This document shows, piece by piece, positions 7,800-16,826 of a stretch of 64,000 nt of DNA. Numbering within the stretch: the stretch's first letter is position 1; the number at the start of each line of letters is the position of its first letter. The notes below the pieces were generated by a model. The model did not search any database. It was not told the origin of the DNA and worked only from the letters and a program-made list of their open reading frames with translations. Source of the stretch: Thermoplasmata archaeon (GTDB lineage Archaea; Thermoplasmatota; Thermoplasmata; Lutacidiplasmatales; UBA184); contig JAGWLG010000006.1 of NCBI GenBank assembly GCA_028864975.1, positions 32,001 through 96,000 of the forward strand. The letters are read 5' to 3'. A program made the position numbers and the translations under genes.

Positions 7800-10700
7800 G
7801 TGTCCACGTCAGGGGGCACGCCCCCCGGCAGGTCCGCCCCCAGCGTTAGGGTCGGCCTAGTCCTTCTCGGGATGCTCGCGCTCGTCCTGGGTGGCTCGAT
7901 GGTCCTCCCGGTTCAGGGCACCCACGCTCTCGCCGCGGTCCCCTCCAACACGTCAGGCATGGGCGCGGCGAGCACGAACCCGATGCCTTTGCAGCATGGC
8001 GCCGCCGCCTCCGCCTCCCCGTTGCCTCTTCTTACACGTTCGACGATCGACCCGGTCCTTCCGTACCTCAGCCCCCGACCGCACGTTCCAGCTCCCGGGG
8101 GACCAGGACTTCCGAACCTCACGGGGAACATCACGGGATTCACCCTGGCGCCCCTCTCTTTCTCGCTCACGGGGAATACGGGCCAGCGGTTCAACGCGAC
8201 GATCGGAGCGATGCCGACGGGGGGCAATTCCTCGACCTACGTCTTCGTCCTGCTGGGCGAGACGGTCTCCACGAACTCCACCGCCCTGGTGGGGTACATC
8301 GAAGGTACGTTCGGCCCATTCACCGCCGCGCTTCCCCTCTACCTTGTGCTGAACGGGACCACGCTCTCGACCTGTGGGTTCGGCGGACAGATCATGATGC
8401 CGGGGCCGACGGTCCACACCTTCGCGATGGAGCAGGCCCACCAGGACTGGTGGAACTTCCTCTTGGACGGGAGCCTCATCACGGGAGGGAGCGGGCTCGG
8501 CGGGGGCGGCTTCTGCTCGGGGACCGGGAACGGGACCGCCGACCTCTACGCGGCGAGCACCAGCCCGTTCGTCCTCCCGCTGTTCGCATGGCTCGTCTCC
8601 GCGAACGTCTCGGGCCTGCCCACGTTCCAGATCCCCATCGTCAGCGAGTACCGCACGGGGTCCACGTGGTCCCAGTCGACGGCCGGGACCGTGATCCTGG
8701 ATTCCGTCCTGGGGGTCGAGGGGTACCTGCAGGACTCCACGATCCCCCCGGACTCGGTCGTGGGCGGACCTGCCGTTCCGGTGCAGACCCCGGCCACGTT
8801 CCTGTGGAACACGGGCCCCTTGCCCGCGTTGACGCTCGACCAGAAGGGACTCCCCGGGGAGCTCACTTCAGGAGAGAGCGCCTCGTTCACGGTTTGGATC
8901 AACTCGAGCTCGACCCATAGGGGAGTGAGCAGCGCGAACCTCGCGACGAACTCCTCGCTCGGCGGAGCCTTCGTGCCGAACGGGGGGGGAACCGTTGCGG
9001 GCGAGGACCAACTCGTGTTCACCGCCCCGAATACGATCCAACACGGGAACGACACCATCACCCTCCTCGCCACCGGCACCGGATATGTCGGAGTGAGGTC
9101 GACCTATGCCCTCGGGATCAACGCCGCGCTCCTGGTCCTCCACGCCCGTCCACCTTCTTCCCCCGTCCCGTCCGGGTCGACCACGTCCATCCCGTTCTGG
9201 GTCAACACGTCGCTGGGCGTGCCTGCCGTCCCGACGCAGTTGGTCCCTTCGGTCAAGGGTGGCGGAACCGTGGTGCTTGCTCCGGAGGGAGGGACGACCC
9301 CGGGACTCTACTTCGTGGACTTCACCGCCCCGCTCTTCTCGCGTCCCACCAATTCGACAGTGTTCCTCACCGCCTCTGGCCCCGGGCTCATCACGCAGTC
9401 CGGGTCGGCGACCGTTCCGGTGGGGCTTCGGCCCCTGCTCGTGCTGGGCCCTCCCCCGGGTAACGTGTGGGTCGGAAGCACCGTCTCCTTCGGCCTGTCG
9501 CTCTCGACCCCGGCCGGGAACCTCCCTGTCGCAGGGGGGAGCCTGTGGAACGCAACGGTGCTCGGGGATGACGGGGGAGCCCCGATCCCCTTCGCAGACA
9601 CGGTAGCGGCCGCAGGGGCGACCGCCGTCCTGCGGGTGTCGATGGACCCGACCTACCTCGGTCCGGTTTGGTTCTGGATGAACGTTTCAGCCCCGGGTTT
9701 CGTCCTGTCCGGGGCGACCTGGTGGGAGAACTCGACGGGCAACGCCACGCTCCAGCTCTCCGGACTGCCGGCCGACGTTACCGAAGGACAATCGGTGACG
9801 CTGACGCTGGAGGTGCTCGGCCTCCAGGGTTACCCTCTGGACGGGGCGACCGTCGAGTGGAGCTCTTCCTCGGGAGGGTTCGGTCCGAACGGTGACGCGA
9901 GCGCGCTCGGGTACACCGATTCCACCGGGAGGACGACGGTTCAGTTCGACCCCGCTAGTGTCAGCAACGACACCCCCCTGCTGGTGAGCGCCTCGGTGAC
10001 GTATCCCTACTATGCCCCCGCCTCCGTTACAGGGACCTCCACCGACACGGTCGCGACCGGCCTTCTTGGGACGGCGGACCACGGTATCGCGCTGATCGAC
10101 CTCATCCTCGCTCTTCTGCTCCTCTCGCTCCTTCTCGCCCTCTACGCGGAGTCTAGGTCGCGACAGTCTCGGCGCTCCCCCGGGGCCGGCGGCGTGCGGG
10201 GCGCGGGGTCGGGGTCCTGGGCCCCTCGCGACGCAGGGGAGGGCGAAGGCCGGGCACCTTGGCCGGGGGCCATCACAGCCCGCTACGAAGAGGAAGAACT
10301 AGGCGCTTCCGACCATCCTCCAGAGAGAGAAGCGCGCCCGCCCCAAGTGCCCCCGGTGCGAGGGCAACTTCCACCTCCCGCTTCGGACGCCTCGGGTCCC
10401 GCGGGGAAAGAGGGGATGGATGACGCCGACGACGAACCTCTGCCCCCTGAAACCTCTGCAGCCCCCAGCCCACTCGCGTCGACGGCCCCCGTACCTCCCG
10501 CTGACGAAGGCTCGAGGACCGCTCGGGACGAGCCTTCGGCCGCCTCAGCGCCGAGTGGGTCGATGTCGGGCGCGGCGGAGGTCAAGCCTCAGCCTGTCTC
10601 GGAGCCTGCCGGGGCGCCAGCGCCCGCGCTCCGTCCAAACCTCGCTGACCCACCGTCCGGGGGTGAGGTCGAACCATCGTCCCCAAGCACCCCGCCGGGG

Positions 10701-10805
10701 GGGACCCCAGGGAAGGATGCGCGAGCTGGGAGACAGCGCGATGAACGGAACCCCCCGCCGCGCCGCCAGACGCGCAAGCGAACGGGTACCGACCTTGTGG
10801 AGTAG
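7800..10805 (+). CDS. Membrane-anchored surface glycoprotein: signal peptide, beta-rich N-domain, Ig-like repeats, TM helix, disordered cytoplasmic tail
   Basis: Hydrophobic N-terminal VGLVLLGMLALVLGG; many N-x-S/T sequons; Big-like YPLDGATVEW...YTDSTGRTTVQF; TM IALIDLILALLLLSLLLALYA followed by basic residues. Confidence 0.8.
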   Translation: MSTSGGTPPGRSAPSVRVGLVLLGMLALVLGGSMVLPVQGTHALAAVPSNTSGMGAASTNPMPLQHGAAASASPLPLLTRSTIDPVLPYLSPRPHVPAPGGPGLPNLTGNITGFTLAPLSFSLTGNTGQRFNATIGAMPTGGNSSTYVFVLLGETVSTNSTALVGYIEGTFGPFTAALPLYLVLNGTTLSTCGFGGQIMMPGPTVHTFAMEQAHQDWWNFLLDGSLITGGSGLGGGGFCSGTGNGTADLYAASTSPFVLPLFAWLVSANVSGLPTFQIPIVSEYRTGSTWSQSTAGTVILDSVLGVEGYLQDSTIPPDSVVGGPAVPVQTPATFLWNTGPLPALTLDQKGLPGELTSGESASFTVWINSSSTHRGVSSANLATNSSLGGAFVPNGGGTVAGEDQLVFTAPNTIQHGNDTITLLATGTGYVGVRSTYALGINAALLVLHARPPSSPVPSGSTTSIPFWVNTSLGVPAVPTQLVPSVKGGGTVVLAPEGGTTPGLYFVDFTAPLFSRPTNSTVFLTASGPGLITQSGSATVPVGLRPLLVLGPPPGNVWVGSTVSFGLSLSTPAGNLPVAGGSLWNATVLGDDGGAPIPFADTVAAAGATAVLRVSMDPTYLGPVWFWMNVSAPGFVLSGATWWENSTGNATLQLSGLPADVTEGQSVTLTLEVLGLQGYPLDGATVEWSSSSGGFGPNGDASALGYTDSTGRTTVQFDPASVSNDTPLLVSASVTYPYYAPASVTGTSTDTVATGLLGTADHGIALIDLILALLLLSLLLALYAESRSRQSRRSPGAGGVRGAGSGSWAPRDAGEGEGRAPWPGAITARYEEEELGASDHPPEREARPPQVPPVRGQLPPPASDASGPAGKEGMDDADDEPLPPETSAAPSPLASTAPVPPADEGSRTARDEPSAASAPSGSMSGAAEVKPQPVSEPAGAPAPALRPNLADPPSGGEVEPSSPSTPPGGTPGKDARAGRQRDERNPPPRRQTRKRTGTDLVE

Positions 10806-11438
10806 GGTGCCGTCCGAGTAGATGGTGTCCGCCCCGACCAGCACGCAGGCGGATGGACCCCGGAGATGGGTGGGGATCTCTTCGTCGTCGATCAGTCGCA
10901 CCCGGGCGCCGTAGGTCCGTCGAAGCTCCGTGTAGAGGCTCCTTCCCTCACCTCCAGGTGTGCTCCGGGGTACAACGAGCTTCTGGGGCCGTCGCGCGGG
11001 TGGGAGATCCCGAAGGAGATCTAGGACCGCTTGCGACCTGCTGAACGTCATGACGAGGGCCTTTGGTGGGAAACGTCCGACGGCCGTGCGTCGAAGGAGC
11101 GCGACCTCGTGGGCGAGAGCTCGCTCGTGACGCTGGACCAGCCTTCGAAGCGGCCCGCGAGGACAGGGGCTCGGCGCGTTCTCGGTCCATTCTGAGAAGG
11201 ACCTCGCGAGCTGGACCAGTCCGCCCATCGCAGGCTGGACCCGGCCCATCTCCCTGCACCACCGGCGAAGCCATCGCAACTCGGCCTCCGAGAGGTACTT
11301 GGTCCCCGGTGTTCCGAGGCGATGCAGGGAACGCAGCGCTCGGCGTTGGACCTCGGTCGCGCCGTGCCGCCGGTCGCGGGTGAGCTTCCTCCAGGGTTCC
11401 GAAAGGGAGGAGCGAACGGGTTCGACGCGTCGGCTCAT
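10545..11438 (-). CDS. eIF-2B alpha/beta/delta family protein (ribose-1,5-bisphosphate isomerase-like)
   Basis: MTFSRS, VLVGADTIYSDG, HKVGT and FDLTP...VWTERG motifs; start assigned to ATG 11438. Confidence 0.8.
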   Translation of the reverse strand: MSRRVEPVRSSLSEPWRKLTRDRRHGATEVQRRALRSLHRLGTPGTKYLSEAELRWLRRWCREMGRVQPAMGGLVQLARSFSEWTENAPSPCPRGPLRRLVQRHERALAHEVALLRRTAVGRFPPKALVMTFSRSQAVLDLLRDLPPARRPQKLVVPRSTPGGEGRSLYTELRRTYGARVRLIDDEEIPTHLRGPSACVLVGADTIYSDGTLLHKVGTRSLARLAARRGVPFIALSPSSRILPWGPPRRGAWGRWFDLTPGRWVSEVWTERGRWRPGRLRDRLRLDLRRARHRPTRR

Positions 11439-11504
11439 GCCTTCCCTCGCGTGCACGCCCCGAGAACCTTCAATTGCGCTTCCGCCTCCCTGGAACCGCG
11501 TGAC

Positions 11505-11771
11505 ATGACGACCACGCAGGCTCCTCGGCGGACCGCATGGATCGTCGAGCCTCCGAAGCTCTGTGCGCTCTGCAAGAACCCGTTGGGTACGGATGCGGGG
11601 ACCAGCGCTTGGAACGGGCAACCGGCCCACCGCGACTGCGTCAGGGTCCACCTCCTGCAGCGAGATCCTGCCTTCCGCGATTGGGGAGGCGAGCCCGCTT
11701 CGGAGGACCTGCCGGAGGACCCTGCCTCGGAACTCGGGACCCGCGAGGACGAAGAGGAGGGGGGCGAGTAG
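11505..11771 (+). CDS. Small zinc-finger protein with acidic tail (88 aa)
   Basis: ATG 11505; CALC...HRDC metal motif; acidic C-terminus; fills the gap between two real genes. Confidence 0.6.
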   Translation: MTTTQAPRRTAWIVEPPKLCALCKNPLGTDAGTSAWNGQPAHRDCVRVHLLQRDPAFRDWGGEPASEDLPEDPASELGTREDEEEGGE

Positions 11772-11810
11772 CCGAGGACAGGGCTGGGCCGCACCCCGAA
11801 CACAACGAAG

Positions 11811-11819
11811 TTTCTTAAT
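11811..11819 (+). promoter_or_regulatory. TATA-like box (TTTCTTAAT) for radical SAM gene
   Basis: AT-rich box preceded by A-rich BRE-like sequence, about 40 nt upstream of ATG 11858. Confidence 0.5.
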
Positions 11820-11857
11820 CCTTCAACCGTCTCGTACTCTCCCACAGGGGCCGAGCC

Positions 11858-13453
11858 ATGCCGGAAGTGGTCATCACGTGCGATTGGACGATGATGAGCA
11901 ACCACCACGGGAAGGAATTCCTGGGGTTCGGGACGACCAGCCCTCCGTTCCTGCTCCCCGAACGGGTCTACCAGGGGATGTTCTTCCCTCGGATGAAGTG
12001 CGATGAGGAGGGCCACCCTCAACAGGCCCCCTACGGGATGAGGAAGGTCGAGGCCGCGCTCCTCGACGGAGGGTTCGACGCGCGGATCATCCACCCTAGC
12101 TACCTCGACCGCTACATGCCGGGGAAGGCCAAGGTGATGATGATCTCGGGCCACGACTACTTCGGCCTGAACCCGCCGTCCACCACGTTCAGCGGCATCA
12201 TGGGCGGCCGGGCACCGATGAACCGCCTCAATTTCATGCGGATGCTCCGGATGCCCCACGTCCTGGAAGCCCGCCGTCAAGGCATGAAGCTCATCGCCGG
12301 GGGCCCTTGCGCCTGGCAGCTTTCGCCCGCCACCCAAGCGAAGCTCCCGTGGGTCGGGGACTTCGTGAAGGAGATCGGCGGGATCGACGCCATCGTGGAA
12401 GGCGAGGCGGACATCTTCGTCACGGACCTCGTGAAGAAGGCGCTGAAAGGCGAGCCGTTGCCGCCCCACACCTTCCTGCCCCCGAAGGTGGCTCCGAAGG
12501 TGGAAGAGATCCACTCGATCCGCTATCCTTCGGTCAATGGCCTGATCGAGATCGGACGAGGGTGCTGCCGAGGCTGCTCGTTCTGTTCGGTCACCACACG
12601 GCCGACGCGCTGGTACCCCTACGAGAAGATCGAGGAGGAGCTCAAGATCAACGCCGCGATCGGGATCAAGAAGGGGTTGCTTCATTCCGACGACGTCCTC
12701 TTCTACGGCTCGCCGAACATCATGCCCAAGGAAGAGAAGCTGGTCAAGCTCATGCAGCTGGCCAAGCGCTACTACACCCATGTGGGGTGGAGCCACTGCG
12801 CGATCGCCTCCATCATGACCAAACCGCGCCTGCTCCCGAAGCTACGGGATGTCCTTCTCACGAACGGACAGACCTGGTGGGGCGTCGAGGTCGGGGTCGA
12901 GACCGGGAGCCCCCGGATCATCACCACCGCCATGCCCGGCAAGGTCGCCCCGTTCAAGGCGAGCCAATGGCCCGAGCTCGTCGTTCAAGCCGCGGGGCTC
13001 ATGAACGACAACTCCGTGATGCCGGCCTGCACCTTCATCGTCGGGCTCCCGCAGGAGACGGAGGACGATGTCCTCAAGACCATCGACCTGATCGACGACC
13101 TTTGGGACTTCAAGGCCATCCTTGTCCCGATGTTCTTCGTTCCGTTGGGCCACCTCAACAAGCAGAACTGGTTCACGAAGGACCGTATCACTCGGGCCCA
13201 GAGGGAGCTCCTCTCTCGCGCCATGACGCACGGCCTTCGCCAATCGACCCAGATGTTGCGTGATTTCTTCGAGGAGAAGGACGCGTATCGCAGCGCCTAC
13301 ATCGGAGCGTACCGGGGGTTCATCGCGTTCTTGCTCGCGATCGCGAAGATGAAAGGGATCTACAGCCCACCGAAGGCGGACACGCCCCGCTTGGAGAGCC
13401 CGCTCGCCCACCCCGAGCGGCTCCCCCTACCCACCATCCCGGTTCGCGACTGA
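11858..13453 (+). CDS. B12-binding-domain radical SAM protein (possibly GDGT-modifying Grs/Gms family)
   Basis: CxxxCxxC motif CCRGCSFC; N-terminal B12-like domain with APYGMRKVEAAL; GVETGS and FIVGLPQET motifs. Confidence 0.85.
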   Translation: MPEVVITCDWTMMSNHHGKEFLGFGTTSPPFLLPERVYQGMFFPRMKCDEEGHPQQAPYGMRKVEAALLDGGFDARIIHPSYLDRYMPGKAKVMMISGHDYFGLNPPSTTFSGIMGGRAPMNRLNFMRMLRMPHVLEARRQGMKLIAGGPCAWQLSPATQAKLPWVGDFVKEIGGIDAIVEGEADIFVTDLVKKALKGEPLPPHTFLPPKVAPKVEEIHSIRYPSVNGLIEIGRGCCRGCSFCSVTTRPTRWYPYEKIEEELKINAAIGIKKGLLHSDDVLFYGSPNIMPKEEKLVKLMQLAKRYYTHVGWSHCAIASIMTKPRLLPKLRDVLLTNGQTWWGVEVGVETGSPRIITTAMPGKVAPFKASQWPELVVQAAGLMNDNSVMPACTFIVGLPQETEDDVLKTIDLIDDLWDFKAILVPMFFVPLGHLNKQNWFTKDRITRAQRELLSRAMTHGLRQSTQMLRDFFEEKDAYRSAYIGAYRGFIAFLLAIAKMKGIYSPPKADTPRLESPLAHPERLPLPTIPVRD

Positions 13454-13471
13454 GCTCGACGAGAGAAGGCC

Positions 13472-14830
13472 TTGGACTCCCCAGCCCCCTCGGCGCTTCC
13501 TTCTCCCGTCCGGTCGCTTCCCCCCGAGGGCCTCCGAGCGCTGCGGTCCATCCCGCTCAAGGACTTCCTGCGGGCGGACCGCGAGGTCCGAGTCTTTGAG
13601 GGTCCCATCGAGCTCAAGCTGGGGGTCACCCGCGAGCTCCTGCGAGGCTCTCAGGGTCCGGTGTGGTTCCAAGGGACGGGCAAGGGTTCGCTCGTCGGGA
13701 ACCTCTGGGCCACGCGGGAGAGGGTCGCTCACTACTTCGGGATCGCCCCCTCCGGTCTCCCAGACCTGCTCCTGGAAGCGTTGGAGCATCCGATCGCCCC
13801 TGAACTGGTGCCTCGATCCCAGGCGACCTGGGCCGCCCACGAGGCCCCAGCCGACCTCACGAAGTTCCCGGTCCCGTGGTTCTACCCCGAGGATGCGGGG
13901 TCCTACTTGAGCGCGGCGGTGTTCTCGGCCCGCTGGCAGGGGAAACGGAACCTCTCCTACCACCGGGTCTGGGTACAGGGCCCCAGCGGCGGCCCAGTGC
14001 GCCTCGTTCCCCGACATCTCGACCGCATGGTCCGGGAGGCGCGGAAGGAGGGGATCGAGCTCCCGGTGGCGACCGTCCTCGGAGCCCCGCTGGAGTTCCT
14101 CCTGGCGGGCGCGGTCTCGACGGACTACGCGGTCGACGAGATGGAGATCGCCTCCGCACTTTGCCGCAAACGGACGGGGCGACCCTTGAGGGTCGTCGAG
14201 CTCGAGAGCGGAGCGCGGGTCCCCGCGGAGGCGGAGATCGTGCTCGAGGGGAAGTTCCTGAAGAAGGATGTCCCGGAGGGTCCCTTCCTCGACATCCTCG
14301 GGACCTACGACGCCGTCCGCGACCAGCCGGTGGTCGAGTTCCACCGGATGTACCACGTCGAAGACCCGGTCCTCCCGGTCATCGTCGCCGGCTCACGCGA
14401 GCACTTCATCCTCATGGGTCTCCCGCGGGAGCCCATGATCCTTCGCGCGGTGCGGGCTGTGGTGCCCGGGACCAAGGCGGTGCGGCTGACCGAAGGCGGC
14501 GCGGCGTGGTTGCACGGCGTGGTCTCGATCGACAAGCGCCGGGACGGCGACGGCCGCAACGCGATCCTGGCGGCGCTATCGGGCCACGCGTCGATGAAGC
14601 GGGTCGTGGTGGTGGACCAGGACATCAACATCTTCGATGACCAGGAGGTCGAGTGGGCCATCGCGACCCGGTTCCAGGCGGACCGCGGTTTGCTCACCAT
14701 TCCGCATGCCGTGGGGTCATCGCTCGACCCGAGCGCCAGCACGGACGGACTCACGTGCAAGTGGGGGCTGGACGCCACGCTGCCCGTCAAGCTCGACCGG
14801 CGGCCCTTCACGAAGGGCCGTCTGCCCTAG
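13472..14830 (+). CDS. ubiD: UbiD-family (prFMN-dependent) decarboxylase
   Basis: NLSYHR, PEGPFLDILGTY, KRVVVVDQDINIFD, VEWAIATRFQADR, SSLDPS and KWGLDAT motifs. Confidence 0.9.
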   Translation: MDSPAPSALPSPVRSLPPEGLRALRSIPLKDFLRADREVRVFEGPIELKLGVTRELLRGSQGPVWFQGTGKGSLVGNLWATRERVAHYFGIAPSGLPDLLLEALEHPIAPELVPRSQATWAAHEAPADLTKFPVPWFYPEDAGSYLSAAVFSARWQGKRNLSYHRVWVQGPSGGPVRLVPRHLDRMVREARKEGIELPVATVLGAPLEFLLAGAVSTDYAVDEMEIASALCRKRTGRPLRVVELESGARVPAEAEIVLEGKFLKKDVPEGPFLDILGTYDAVRDQPVVEFHRMYHVEDPVLPVIVAGSREHFILMGLPREPMILRAVRAVVPGTKAVRLTEGGAAWLHGVVSIDKRRDGDGRNAILAALSGHASMKRVVVVDQDINIFDDQEVEWAIATRFQADRGLLTIPHAVGSSLDPSASTDGLTCKWGLDATLPVKLDRRPFTKGRLP

Positions 14831-14845
14831 GTCCCCTCGAAGTGC

Positions 14846-15361
14846 TCAGGTCTTCTCGGTGAGCTTGGGGGGCACCGCGGTGTCCATGTCGGACGCGCAG
14901 TACTTGCACCGGGTGGCCTTGAGAGGGATCTCGGAGATGCAGTACGGGCACTCCTTGGTGGTGACCTCGGGCTTGGGCTTCTTGGCCTCTTGTCGCGCTT
15001 TCATCGTCGCCATAGGCTTGACGATGAGGAGAAAGACCACGAGGGCGATGAGGACGAACGAAATGACCACGTTGACGAGCGCTCCGAGGGCGAAGTGGAT
15101 CTGCTCCGGCACCCCCGTCGCGTTGTGGGCGTAGGTGACGTTGACATACCACGAACCGAAGTTGGCCGCTCCGGTGGCGGGAGCGATCATCGGGGTGACG
15201 ACATCGCCGACCATGCCGTTGACCACGGCCCCGAAGGCTAGGCCGATGACAATCCCCACGGCCATGTCGATGACGTTGCCCTTCGTGATGAACGAACGGA
15301 ACTCGTCCAGAAGTTTGACCTTCGGAATGGGGACCTTGGGGACCTTCGGCATTCGCGTCAT
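14846..15361 (-). CDS. mscL: Large-conductance mechanosensitive channel with C-terminal zinc ribbon
   Basis: EFRSFITKGNVIDMAVGIVIG signature; second TM; C-terminal CPYC...CKYC. Confidence 0.92.
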   Translation of the reverse strand: MTRMPKVPKVPIPKVKLLDEFRSFITKGNVIDMAVGIVIGLAFGAVVNGMVGDVVTPMIAPATGAANFGSWYVNVTYAHNATGVPEQIHFALGALVNVVISFVLIALVVFLLIVKPMATMKARQEAKKPKPEVTTKECPYCISEIPLKATRCKYCASDMDTAVPPKLTEKT

Positions 15362-15433
15362 GGTTCGTGCCCGCGGGGCGGACCGTCCTCAGCTAAAATG
15401 CTTGTGGACCCCCCGCTGAGAAGGGCGCACCGG

Positions 15434-15988
15434 TCAGGCCTCGTCGAGGTCCGGCGGCGGGGCCCCGCCGCCCCTTGCTCGTCCCTGAGGTCCGTGAACG
15501 GTTCGAGGTCGCGTGAAGGTCGGGGGCTCGGAGTCGTCCTCCGGTCCGCCATCCTCGAGGACATCGAGGTGGACCTCTTCTCCACGGCCATCGTACGCTC
15601 GCCAGCAACCCCGGGTGAAGGGGTTCCCGAGGATCAAGTGGCGAAGCCCCCAGTGATGGAAGAGCTGCAAGTCCGCGTCCGAGGGATGGAGGGCGCCGGA
15701 AGGGTGCGAGTGAACGGTACCGATGACCGTGAAATCCGCGGGCAGCATCCAGAGCTGCAGGTTCGCGTGCTTGTGTCCCGCTGTGGTCCCCGGGAGGAAG
15801 AGGAGCTCGGTGATCACCCCTGGTTCGTCCGAGCGCAGCATGCCGCCGAACTCGTTCGGCAGGGACGATCGGCCGCAGGCGAGCGCGCTCTGAAGCACGC
15901 TGCGCCGGATCGAGTTCAGGGGGACCTTCGCGAGGCTCCCCGCCGAGGCGCGCTGGGCCTCCTTACGTCGGGGGCGGAAGATCGGCAC
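15434..15988 (-). CDS. JAB/MPN+ (Mov34) metalloprotease
   Basis: EFGGML and intact JAMM motif HSHPSGALHPSDAD. Confidence 0.88.
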   Translation of the reverse strand: MPIFRPRRKEAQRASAGSLAKVPLNSIRRSVLQSALACGRSSLPNEFGGMLRSDEPGVITELLFLPGTTAGHKHANLQLWMLPADFTVIGTVHSHPSGALHPSDADLQLFHHWGLRHLILGNPFTRGCWRAYDGRGEEVHLDVLEDGGPEDDSEPPTFTRPRTVHGPQGRARGGGAPPPDLDEA

Positions 15989-16826
15989 GGTTCCCCGTCA
16001 GCGCCCAGGGGATGAGCGCCTTGGCCTGCAGTCGCTGGAAGAAGTGGGAGCTGAAGCGGATCAGGCGCGCCCGCCGGGCCGACCGATAGCACTTCACGTC
16101 CATCCCTCGAGGCAGTCGTTCCTCGCGGTGTCCGTCGACCACGACGACAGTTTCCCGGTCCTCTTCGACCGGTCGGACCGAGATCTCCCGCAGCGGAGCG
16201 ACGACCAAGGGCCGGGCAAAGGCGGAGTAGGGCGCGATCGCGGTGAGGACCGTAGCGTCGATCGCGGGGTCGACGACCGGACCCCCCGTGCTCAGCGAGT
16301 AGGAAGTGGACCCCGTGGGCGTGGCCAGGATAACCCCGTCCGCTCGAAGCCGCCCTAGGGGTTTCCCGTCGATGGCGACCTCAAAGGTCCGCATCCTCGC
16401 CACCTGGGCGGTGTGGATGACCACCTCGTTGACCGCGTCCGGGAGATTGCGGTCCCCGACCCGGGTGGCGAGCTTCATCCGGTCCTCACAGATGTAGGCC
16501 CCACGCACCACCCGCTCCAGGGCGCCGTCCAAGGTGTCGTAGTCCGGGTCCACCTCGGTGAGGAAACCTACGGTGCCGGTGTTGATGCCGAGCACGGGGC
16601 ACTCGGTCCGGTGCAGGACGTAGAGCAGGCTCCCGTCCCCTCCGAGGGCGAGCAGGACGTCGACGCGCATGTCCTCGATCGGCTCCCCGGGGAGCCCCAA
16701 AGCGCTCGCGGTGTCGCGCGCGACCGAGAGCTCGACCCGGTCCTTCAGGCGGTCGTGGATGATCCGGGCGAGGTTGAGCGCTTTCTCGTTGAACGGATTG
16801 GCGGTGACGCCCACCGAGATCATCAC
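15963..16826 (-). CDS. nadK: NAD(+) kinase
   Basis: LGGDGS, GINTGTVGFL, NEVVI, DGVILATPTGSTSYSLSTGGP. Confidence 0.93.
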   Translation of the reverse strand: MMISVGVTANPFNEKALNLARIIHDRLKDRVELSVARDTASALGLPGEPIEDMRVDVLLALGGDGSLLYVLHRTECPVLGINTGTVGFLTEVDPDYDTLDGALERVVRGAYICEDRMKLATRVGDRNLPDAVNEVVIHTAQVARMRTFEVAIDGKPLGRLRADGVILATPTGSTSYSLSTGGPVVDPAIDATVLTAIAPYSAFARPLVVAPLREISVRPVEEDRETVVVVDGHREERLPRGMDVKCYRSARRARLIRFSSHFFQRLQAKALIPWALTGNRADLPPPT

